A DNA stretch of 63,138 nucleotides, the filler included, from Cercozoa sp. M6MM (Eukaryota > Protista > Endomyxa: Ascetosporea), in the NCBI GenBank assembly GCA_040357565.1. It is 10 parts of 10 records of this genome, joined end to end, with 100 filler letters (N's around TTAATTAATTAA, not from the genome) between each part and the next. Parts side by side here need not be neighbours in the genome. Positions count along the whole stretch, not along the records: positions 50,109 to 57,646 come from JBDODJ010000620.1; positions 57,747 to 63,138 come from JBDODJ010000920.1; 8 more parts are not named here. One strand, given 5' to 3'. Position numbers and translations under genes: made by a program. The first letter of the stretch is position 1. Each line of letters opens with the position of its first letter. The notes under the pieces were generated by a model, which worked only from the letters and a program-made list of their open reading frames with translations, ran no database searches and was not told where the DNA came from. Of the stretch, positions 51,161 to 63,138 are shown piece after piece.

Positions 51161-54100
51161 CTAATTCTCCGTCGTGGCCTCCGAGTCGTCGTTTTGCATT
51201 GCGTCTTTCTGGCGTCTGCAATAGCGGCCATGCAATAAAATTTACACACCGGTAAAGAAAAGCGCCAGTGTACTTGGTGAGTCGGTTGGCACGCGGACCA
51301 CGTTTGCGCGCAGCGATATTCTGCTGAGTCAAACGGCGCACCTGCGTCAAAGTGAGAGTGCCAAAGTGAAAATACCAACCCTGCAACCCAAGGAAACCTG
51401 CAACCCAAGGAAAGAGTACCAGCTCGAGGTCGTAGTTTTGACCCTCGGCATGAGCGACGTTGCCCATAACCATGAGTGGCTGCATCGCTGTCAGCAAGTT
51501 CGCAAACAGCGCCGGGTACGACTGTTCCAGAGCGGCCAGGAGTGTCTTCATGCGCGCACGCTCCTGGGGCGAGTCCCAGCAGGCCGGGCTACAAAAAGAA
51601 AAAGCCCCCAGTTGGCATATTTATGCACGAAGCACAATTGTAGTTGGTACCAGTTCTCCGATACGACTGGGAGTCGCGCCATATCGGAAAACTCGCGCAA
51701 CTTCTTCTCGCGGATCAGGATCTAGAGAAAGCATCATTCACCAGAAGCAAACATATGTTAGTATCAAGAAAACTGCACCAGAGGACGAATAACGCGCAGA
51801 TCCTTCTGTTCGACCAAGTAGTTACACTTCATCGTGCGCAGGCGACCGTTGTGGAACGCCGACATCAGGAAGCTCTACACACAGTCACTGCATCCTGGCG
51901 TACGAACTCTGCCTGTCTGTTGGACTACCTCAGCCAGGTCGTCACAGTGCTGACCCATGGCGAGCACGTTGTAACCTAGAAGCGCAAACTGCCAAGGGAG
52001 AGACAAAGAGCACGAAAAAAAACCTTCGCGACGCGCGCAGGTGTACAAAACGCCGCGCTTCATGCGCGCGCAGAACGAGCAGATCTATTCAAACACAAAT
52101 GTCCTCCCTCCTGAACAAACAAACCGATCCTACCGAAGGACGGTCGGTCGACATGCATGACTCGGCTGACTCCATCTGTGTTGCACAACGCACATATACA
52201 AACGTGATACAACGACTCAAGGTACAGTGTTTGAGCATTACAATGTTCTGGCGTTCGTAAAAGTACGGCACTCCCAGTTCGGCGCAGTACTGCACTCAAA
52301 CAGTGAGAAAAAAACACACGGAGTCCCCGAAAGTGGTGTACCTGAATGAGAGGCGACGGGTCGTACTCGGGATGGTCCGGATCGACGGTGCAGGCGCCAA
52401 CTTCGAACTTGACCGGCGATTTCTTCTTCATCTACAAATAAAATTAACTCCAAACCTCAACTGTCAGAAACAAAAAGCACAAACCTCCAGCAGTAGCGAC
52501 AGCATCGAGAGCGAGTCCTTGCCACCAGACAGGGCCACCTGCAGCACAAACCACCGGGTAGAACAGACTTCAGGCTTTCAAGGAGAAAACGCACCAGTAC
52601 ACGGTCACCAGACTTGATCATGTCGTATCGCAGCACCGCCTTGCCCATCGGTCGCAGCAGTTTCTTCGTCAGCAACTTGATCTTCTTTAAGCGCGCTTTT
52701 TCTGACATTGGCGCCTGATTCGTTCAGGAGTATAAACCAACCAACACGACAAAACTGAGACCAAACACAAAAACAAACCTCGGCAGAAGCTGACTGACTG
52801 ACAACGTTCTCCTTGTCATCTTCTGAAGTGTCAATATTCATACACTGCCAAACCCAGTCAGTTCGAAGAAGAGTTCTACGATGAATGAGGTGCGTGCACG
52901 AGCAACTGAGACACTCGTTGGCACCGCCAACATGAACGTGATGGCATGACGCGCAAAGCACACTGCATTATTATTCTTAAGCAGGAGAACAAAAAACATA
53001 CAATGCTCAATTCTGAGAGGTACTCGGGAGCACGTTCACGCAGGTACTTAGCACGCTTGCTGCAACCAAAAGCCAACTGATGAATACACAAATACAACAG
53101 ACAGAATGATACCTGCCCTTGTCACCAGTGGCATCAGTGGCCATTGTGCCACTCTGCGAGTTCACAAGCGACTCGGCTGTCTCGCTTCGTGCCACAGGCA
53201 GCGACAGCTACAAGCACGTATAGTTAAACGCACACAAATCCGTACAAGGGCAAAACGAAGGATACGCCAAGCTTATCGCGCAGGTTCTTCACGATGGTTT
53301 CCTTCTGGCAGGGCACGCACACCTCTGCATGCCAAAGAATAACCAAAGCTATCAAGCACAAGGAAAGCGACTGTACCAGAGTTGCAGTAGCCAGTAGGCC
53401 AGAAAGGCGACACAAGCGATGGAACCGCTGATTGTTTCTGCAGTGCACCGACCGTCTCTACATAATGACAGTCATTTGATTCAACCTCTTTTTATTTATT
53501 TCAAGCTCAAGGTACCAAAAGCACAGACGAACCAGCGCAAAGCTTGGACCTCCTGAGGCCAGCCTTGTGTCGGATTCGGCACCTGCTTGTTCTTCCTGCG
53601 CAGACAGAAGGAGCACGATCAACACAAACAACGTGAGAATTCATACACTGGTACCACTCCTGTTCGAGTCCATTAGCCAACACGACAGCATCTTGCAGAC
53701 AGGTTCGCTTGTCTCCCTCTGCTCGAACACGTTTAATCAAAGAACAGACAAAACAATCACAAAAGAAACGCTACGAGCGAATCGGTTGCGCGACAGGAAG
53801 TGCATTTGACCCTCGCGGAAACGCACAAAGCCCAGCGAACGACGGTCTACAAGGAGGCAGTGTCTCAAACCGCATGAATTTATTTCACGACATACCAGGG
53901 TACTTGCGCAAATGCTCGCGGTGACGGAATTCGCCAGTGTCAGCGTACATCTGGTATTCGGGCTACAACAACAAAATCAAATGTGCTCATTTCGTTCTAT
54001 CGGTGTCTTCAAAAAGAGGCACCAGGAACTTCCAGCCATGCGTGCTTACGAACTCAACCGCATCAAGAATCTACGGAAAGTTGTCACATAAGAATGCACA

Positions 54101-56548
54101 CTTTTCCACAAATCAGGGTACGAAATCAACGTCTCCTTGAGTGGACGCGTAGTGGAAAGACAGACGCGTGAAACCCTGTTTATACATCTGATACGAAAAC
54201 AACAAAACCTGTTCTGTAATAGGTACCGGTCGCACAATATCGTGCTTGGTCAACAAAGCTGATTCGACGCGGTTAGCCCTGAGAAAATCGCTTGTGAGCA
54301 AAGCCCCATTAGATTTGGAGCTATAGTACATGGCCTGATCGATGCCGAGAAGCGACAAAGCATAGGGACCCGCGCACGCACATCCCGCACGCGCCTAATT
54401 TAAAAGTAAATTGAACAATTAATTTTCGGCATTTTTAACTTAAGTTCAAACTCTACCTGCACGCCGAAAAGATCGTTGAGCAGCGCTGCCACGAAGTTGT
54501 GGTGCAGCATCTGGTCCTTGTATCTGGAAAGAACGAGCAGTGTATAACCAACACTCAAACTCAAACTAAACCAAGGCTCTTGTACCTCACGCAGAACGAG
54601 AAAATCGGCAATTGAGCATCGACCGAGTCGCGTCCGAGCAAGAGAATGTTCTCCATGCCATGCAGACGCTGTCTCGCATAGGAAACAAGCTGAGAGTCGA
54701 TGCTCTCAATGTTGTTAACACCGACGCTTTCTTTCACACGGAAGGCGAGGCCTGTTCGCATTAAAAAAGATTCGATGGCCATACGCGAAACCAAAAAGTG
54801 TACCTGCGCGGATGGCTCCCACAATGTTGGGCGTGCCGCCTTCTTCGCGTTCCTCGCTGAGTAATTCACAAATAATTCTCAGAAAGGAACGTGAAAACAC
54901 AGATTAAACCTACAAGTTGCCAAGGAAGCGATGCGAATCGTCAGACACGAAGAATACAGTGCCACCACCCGGCACACATGGCGCCTTGTTGTTGGCCGCT
55001 TGGTGCTAAATCACCCACCATTCTACTGAGACCATAAAAGGCAAATTGGGAAATATAACTTACCTGCAAGAGAGCGCGCTTGATGACAAGAACACCCGGT
55101 GCACCAACACCTGTATTTGTCCAGATTCGATCGCGTTATCTCCAAGCACTTCATGAAAGAACAAATTACCACCAACAAACTTGTGTGGTGACAGAATCAG
55201 CGCGTCCTTGGCCAACTGCAAAAAAAAACAGTTTCAAAAAACAAGAATTGAGAATTCAACAGATCGTATACAGCTGGATCGTTGTTGGGGCACATGTCAA
55301 GCCGAACGTAAGGTGCGCTGGTGGCAGCGTCCCACACGGCCAAAGCTCCGTGTGCTTTCAGTACTCTGCATTTTAAAAAAAATCACCAGAGCTAACTACC
55401 CAAAGGCAGTCTATACCGAGTGACAACGATATCATCGACGAGAGCACCAGTGACATTGCTCGCCATAGAGAAAGCGCCGACAATAACGTCGAACGACTGC
55501 TCCTTTAGCGACGCAAGGGTACTTTCAAGATGCGCAATGTCAATACCTGTTCGCGTTGGCAAGTAACTCGTCCTGACAGAGACAGCAGTTGGGTACCGGT
55601 TGTCGGATGAGACTTGGCAGCGACACAGAAGGCGCCGCTTTCACGCCACGGCAGCAAGTTGCTGTGATCTACACAGTTGAAGATTTTCAGTCTCAAATAA
55701 TCACGAAAAAAAAAGTTACGAGCGTAGGGACAAGTCACAACGGCAGCTTTCTTTCCCTGTTTTGACAGCAATGTGCTTTTCTGATAATCAGGAAAACAGA
55801 AAGAACCCACCTTAAGATCAAGCGCGTGCAGCAGCACTGCGAAAGCACCCGTGGCACCGTTGCCGCAAAACAGAACACTGTCCTTGGTCAGCGAGGCACC
55901 CGTGCCACGTCGCACAATTTGGCGTGCCTGCACAGAGCGTGTACTGTCTGATCCAAACTGAGCTAAACCAAAGCAACTGACCTCGTGACGGAACAGATGC
56001 GTCTGCGCACCCGTGGCACTCGCTGACGAGTGTGTGTTCGCGTACATCGGCAACACTTCGTCCTACAGGGTATCAACAGAGTGCGCCTCTAGTCTGAGAA
56101 GTTGTTTAAAGGAACGCGCTACCTTGATATAATCCTCAATAAAAGAGAGCGCACGACCGCTCGCTGTCCAGTCGGCGTATGTCACCTGCCGAGGACCGAA
56201 CCTGCAACACACCATCCGAAACTGCAACACACAAAAAACAAGTGCAACGTTGTACGGAGAAGCGAAAGTGTTCTTTGCGCCGACGTGACTAAAATAGAAA
56301 AACAAGAAGATAAGCGTGTCGGTGTGGGCATTCATAATTTGGTGCTGCGTGTTGATACCCCTCGCGAATCATACGCAACATCGCCGCGAGCTCCTCGTCG
56401 TTTTTCTCTGCAGATGTTACACCCCTATCGGCGTCCAATGCTCTTAGTTGAATCAGATACCCTCAGCGGGCGCGTTTACTTGGGCATCCTCGAAATAATC
56501 CTCATGCGTGGTGACTGTGAAGTCGCGCACGGCCTCTTGAGCCGTCAT
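51161..56548 (-). CDS. Fusion protein: class-V PLP cysteine desulfurase-like domain + Cys/His linker + TtcA-type tRNA 2-thiocytidine synthetase
   Basis: N-terminal YADWTASGR, YANTH, HHSNLLPW, WDAATSAPY, LSPHKFVGG (PLP Lys), EEGGTPNI, ARAGCACAGPY (catalytic Cys). C-terminal VALSGGKDS (PP-loop), ICSFCARMKRG, LAMGQHCDD, LRVIRPL, ENCPAC. Linker exons join in frame using only GT-AG introns. Confidence 0.85.
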
Positions 56549-57091
56549 AGGACAACTTCAGCGTAAGCTACCACACGTGCCGCCACTCGCAGTCTGTTTA
56601 AGCCTCATTCTGGTGAAACGGTGCGGAGCGCTGGGGCATGCAGAGAAAAAACTCAAATTTCCGCGAAATCCTCTCCAGAGAGGCTTATCAGTGGAGCGCA
56701 GACTCCTGGTCCTCAGTTTGACCGCAATCGTGACTTCAAGCTACTTGTTTAAGCTGTACGCCAGGTTTTCGCTCCCCTTTTTGGGTGACTGCGTTGGCTG
56801 CGTTGGGCCAGCCTGAGTGCAGGAGGGATTTTTCCAGTTAGCCCCCTCGTTGTGCGTTTTTGGTTGCTTTGGTGGTCTCTTGCTGGATTGTTCGTGGGGC
56901 AGTTTCGTGTTTGGTTGTCAGGAGTGCGAATTTAAGATTCTAACTGAGTCCGATGTGTGTGTTGTTGCAGATTTACCTGGGCATGTCGAGCGCGTTCCGA
57001 TAGCAGTAACACGAACAGGGCGCCCGAAAGGATTCTAATCAGCTGAAAGACACTTCATAAACGCACACAAACGCAAGACACTCACAAGATC

Positions 57092-57581
57092 ATGATGATG
57101 AACAAGAACAAACTCGTTGGCTACGGCCTCGTGCTGGCGGCCGCGTTGTTGATGACTAGTACTCTTGCCTTTGCAACGTTTGCTGGTGCTGAAGTGGAAC
57201 ACGTGTTTGTGCAGGCGACACAGTTTTTGTGGAGGCCGCACTGGATGTGCCGCTCGGCTTCTTCTTCTTCTTCGCGTCCACTGCTCCGGTATTTGTGTTG
57301 TCCTTTTGGTTGTTCGGTACTGACTTGGCTGGGCAGTGGTCGCTGCTGCTGCTGCGCAAACAGGTGCGCCGCGACTTTGCGAAACTGCGCGATTTCCGTC
57401 GATACAAACGGTATGTTCTTCAATACGCTATTTTGCCCCGAGTGGTAATGGAAGAAGTTATGCTGGGTTCAGGGCGTTTTTGGGCTCGGGCTGCATAGCA
57501 CTGTCGACGCTCTTCTTTGACTTGGCCATGAAGTACGTGCGCGTGTCTACCGGCGCCGTCATTAACCAGATGGAACCACTG
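57092..57581 (+). CDS. EamA/DMT-superfamily transporter, 5' fragment
   Basis: GYGLVLAAALLMTS..., hydrophobic helices, and LFFDLAMKYVRVSTGAVINQMEPL typical of the first EamA repeat. Confidence 0.75.
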
Positions 57582-57615
57582 GTGAGTCTGGTTGTTTTAC
57601 GGTTTAGTATTTTAG

Positions 57616-57646
<31 letters not shown>

Positions 57647-57746
57647 NNNNNNNNNNNNNNNNNNNNNNNNNNNNNNNNNNNNNNNNNNNNTTAATTAATT
57701 AANNNNNNNNNNNNNNNNNNNNNNNNNNNNNNNNNNNNNNNNNNNN

Positions 57747-57795
<49 letters not shown>

Positions 57796-57810
57796 GAAGG
57801 GTAGGACGCA

Positions 57811-58820
57811 CCTGAGCTAGCACATCCCACAACTTGAGAGTGCAGTCCGCACTGCCACTGCAGAGTCGTTGTCTCTGCATCCAAACACACACACACACAC
57901 ACACATACAAACACACACACACATACACAGACATGCACACACAAGCTTTGCCTCTACCTGGGCACGATGCCACGCGAGTGACATGACGGCGTCCTCGTGA
58001 CTACCCTCGCGCAGCACACCGAGCAGTTGCTGCGACACACCATAGTATACATAATTAATAAACATACATACATACATACATAATACACTAACCGTACCTG
58101 CTGCAATTTCGGGTCGTTCTTCTTCTTCTTAAGCTTTCGGCGCAGCTTGGCGAGCCTGCCCACCCAATCAGGCACATCTCAAAAAGAAAAGTACTGTGGC
58201 TGGGGAGGGAGGGGAGGGAGGGAAGGGAGGCATGAATAGAGTACATGACGGGATCGTGCTCGTCACGGCCGCCGAGTTCCCCCACCGGTTCAAACACATC
58301 CGTGACGTCGAGTGGCCAGATCTCGATCGAGGGCTGGAAGGTGCCCACTGCCACAAAACTGCCCTGTGCGCACACCAACAAGATTGTTTGAGACAACAGG
58401 CACAAGACATGAGGAGCAAGGCCAGAGCAAGAAGTACCTCTGCTGCCTGCGCAGAGTCGGCACGCGGGTCCAAATTCATCCTACGGTACCACACAAGCAT
58501 GGACACACAAACAACAGGAGAGCGGAAACACACCACGTGGTGGCCAGAGGGAACGCCGGCAGTGCTAGATCGTGGTGCGTGAACAGCGCCTCTTTCTCCG
58601 AGTCGAACACCATGACCTTGAGGACTGACTGCTCCTCGCCCTAGACAGAGACACATACACACTGACATGCACATACACACACACACACACACACACAAGA
58701 CGGACCGAGGTCGTTGTTACCTCGTCAGTCTCGCCTACAAGCAGCACGTCATCGGTGGGCCGGATCACGTTGTCCTCGTCGTCCTCGCTGTCCTCATCGT
58801 CACCTGCGATACACATATGT

Positions 58821-58860
<40 letters not shown>

Positions 58861-59337
58861 TTATATGTGGATGTAACAGAGAGGACAAGGCCAACTGTAC
58901 CAGCGTTGAGGTAGGGATCGTCTGCGTTCGATGCGAACATCGCATGACCGCCCGTCCAGCTGAACACGCAAAAGCCACGCATAAACATGAGCACACCTCT
59001 ACTCCCTAACACACAAACCGGCCAGTGCGAGTGAGATACCCGGTCTGCTCTTCTTTGTCGTAGTCGTCCATATCCAAAGCATCCATAAGTGCCTGGTCCG
59101 ACATGGCAGAGGTGAGCGGCTGCTCCTCCTGCGGCGGCTGGTCTTGCACATGCACCTGTGCCATCTGCGCGTTCAGCTCCTGCGGGAAAATACCAAATAC
59201 CACAAAATACATCGTGACCAACATATTCAAGCACAGTCCATTACCGTGTATTGAGCCATTTCCTCCTCAGAGGGCTCGTAACGCGCAGGGTGCGGGTCCA
59301 TGGCGCCACGCGGCACCCAGCACAATGTTGAGATCAT
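57811..59337 (-). CDS. PWP1: Periodic tryptophan protein 1, 5' part
   Basis: MISTLCWVPRGA, LDMDDYD, DDPYL, FTHHDLALPAFPL, FVAVGTFQPSIEIWPLDV, SHEDAVMSLAW, LCSGSADCTLKLWD. Confidence 0.92.
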
Positions 59338-59621
59338 CTGCCAAGCAAATGTACACAAAGACGAATCGGACACGCCAGCGGCAAAAGCACACAACTTCGC
59401 CGCCTGTGGATACGCGTCGCGGTGTCAACTTCTTAGGTCTGGTTCGGTACCGGCGCTCCAAGTAAAATTATAAAACCTCGGGAAAAATTCTCTGGCTGCG
59501 ATCCAGGATCTGAGCTCTCTAGCCGCGGGTGATGGTGATAGTTTAAGCTGAATGTAATCAGTTGTATCCTTGCTAAGTCACTCATGTATTTTCGCAGCAA
59601 CGCGCAGTCCGATACCTGTCA

Positions 59622-61009
59622 ATGTCCGCTTCAGCTGCCGCTGCCGGAAATGAAGGATTCCGCATCTTCACGTTGCCGATGCTGCAAGACAACTATGCCT
59701 ACGTCGTAAGTTGAATTGAAAAGCAGAAAGCTCCGACATCCTTTCTTTTTGCACAGTTGCAAGACCTGTCGTCCCAGAAGCTTGCCGTGGTTGATCCAGT
59801 GGAACCCACCAGAGGTACTACACTGCGACGCACTCCAGAAAATGAATAATCTCTGACTCTCAGTTTATGTGCGTTGTTGTGCAGTGGAAGAGTGGCTGCA
59901 GCAACACCATCTCTCGGTATTAGCATTCGCTTCGCATGCTCTCTCCTGTGTCTTGTGCGAGCTATTGTGTGCAATATAGATGGACCAGATGGCGATGGTT
60001 TTGACAACGCACAAGCATTGGGACCACGCCGGCGGGAACGACACCTTCCACCGTCGTCATCCTCATGTTGCCATCGTGGGAGGTGACAAGGAGCACGTCA
60101 AAGCCTGCACGCAGACCGTCGCTGATGGTGCTTTCCACGATCTCAACCCTCGACGGTTATGTTGTGTTATGTTATGTGTGTATTGCACTGCAGGCGAGTC
60201 ACTGCAGTTGGGTGCCACGCAGATCACAGCGATGACCATGCCGTGCCACACGGTCAGTTGTACCCCCTTCTCTGCATATTCTCTGCATATACTACGGTAC
60301 GCACTTGTGCAGAAGGGTCACACCTTGTTCCACATCACTCACCCGTCGCGTACGGACGCTCTCTTCACGGGCGACAGTACTTGATCCCTACGTCAGATGA
60401 TTCATACCGTTTCCTGTATCGATAGTGGATTTACACACTCTTGTGTGATTGGAGTAGCCTTGTTCATCGCCGGATGCGGCCGATTCTTTGAAGGCAACGG
60501 CACGCAGATGGCCCAGGTATCTTCCCCTTTCGCACATACACATTTTGGACAAGGAATCCTTGCGACTTTTGGACAGAACTTTGCGCGCATCGCTGCTCTG
60601 GACGACGACACAGAACTCTATGTCGGTCATGGTACACATCCTCCAGCTGATGTATCATGCTCTGAGCATGACGGGTGGGTCGCTTAGAGTACACGCTGTC
60701 GAACCTCAAGTTCGCTGCCCACGTCGAACCGCAGAACCAAGACATCTCGGCCTACACTGCAGCGGCCGAAGCGAAGCGTAAGAATGGCGTGCCGACGGTG
60801 CCCTCCACGGTTGCTCTCGAAAAGACCATGTAAGTTTACTCTCTTCCTGTTTCGATCTCGTCTGGACTACCTGAGATTCTTCGGTTTCTTCCAGCAACCC
60901 GTTCATGCGTCTGCATGCTCCTGCCGTCCGTGCCTTTGTCAAGGCCAGCCGCAGCGCTGACGATGGCGACGTCATGCAAGCTTTGCGCGACGCCAAGGAC
61001 AACTTCTAG
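59622..61009 (+). CDS. HAGH: Hydroxyacylglutathione hydrolase (glyoxalase II)
   Basis: [31 protein letters not shown]|KGH, LFTGDT|[15 protein letters not shown]|[32 protein letters not shown]. Confidence 0.96.
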
Positions 61010-61447
61010 AACAAGCATCAGCCGGTCACTAACTTCCTAAATTGAATGTTATATACTAATGCATAGTGTCCACTTGCATCACAGTCGCATTTAAACGTTG
61101 TAAGGGCCCTTATGATGGCGCCAAAAAGTAGCCACTCTGTTTTGGACGGAAAGAGAAAATCGAAACAGGAGTGTTTGCTGCACGTACGAGGTTGCTGGAT
61201 ATCCAGCAGTGTCGTATAACATTGTGGGCGACGCGTGTGGACTGCACACGCCATCTTAGTGCATTGCTTTGAGCGGTGTGTGTTTTTTGTATATTTCATC
61301 GATATCGATTGTGGTGGCTGGTTGCCGTGAGACTGGGTGCTATGGCACGTGGCAACTTGTGCAGTGGTTGATACCGAAAAACCGTGGGTGACCGTTTGTG
61401 GCCACATTGATCGCCGGTGTGGGGATCATTCGTGAGGCAGAGACAAG

Positions 61448-62966
<1,519 letters not shown>

Positions 62967-63086
62967 GTCTCTGTGTTGTGGGAAGACAGGTCGACACGTT
63001 GCGTGTGCCATGCAGTGTCACAATCTCGGAATATTGCACGCGTGTAAAGTTCTCCTTTTTCTTGTCTCTTTGTCAGCTTTACGTGT

Positions 63087-63138
<52 letters not shown>

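Overview
Compact, intron-rich eukaryotic (protist-like) nuclear DNA using the standard code, with GT-AG introns of mostly about 50-90 nt. The organism cannot be identified from this window. The window is not one contiguous locus: nine 100-nt spacers (44 N + TTAATTAATTAA + 44 N, a six-frame stop linker) join ten contigs, and genes are cut at them, so neighbourhoods only count within a contig. Manual splicing supports about 29 genes or fragments. Recognisable ones are RecQ/WRN-like helicase, a divergent alpha-tubulin, NKAP, inositol monophosphatase, a multicopper oxidase, DDX46/Prp5, RPL18, sterol C24-methyltransferase, PAP2 phosphatase, PITHD1, WDR1/AIP1, a Na,K-ATPase-like P2C pump, GPR180/TMEM145-like, RPGRIP1L-like, an EamA/DMT transporter, PWP1 and glyoxalase II. 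The best candidate for an undescribed system is one spliced gene (51161-56548, minus) fusing a PLP cysteine desulfurase-like domain, a Cys/His linker and a bacterial-type TtcA tRNA 2-thiocytidine synthetase. Other leads: a secreted protein with a Tyr/Gly/Ser repeat tail, telomere-like repeat arrays filling introns, a structured RNA candidate near 43.6-43.8 kb, an altered ion-site P2C ATPase, GTAC-biased splice donors and strongly alternating gene orientation. All exon structures are manual predictions without RNA evidence.
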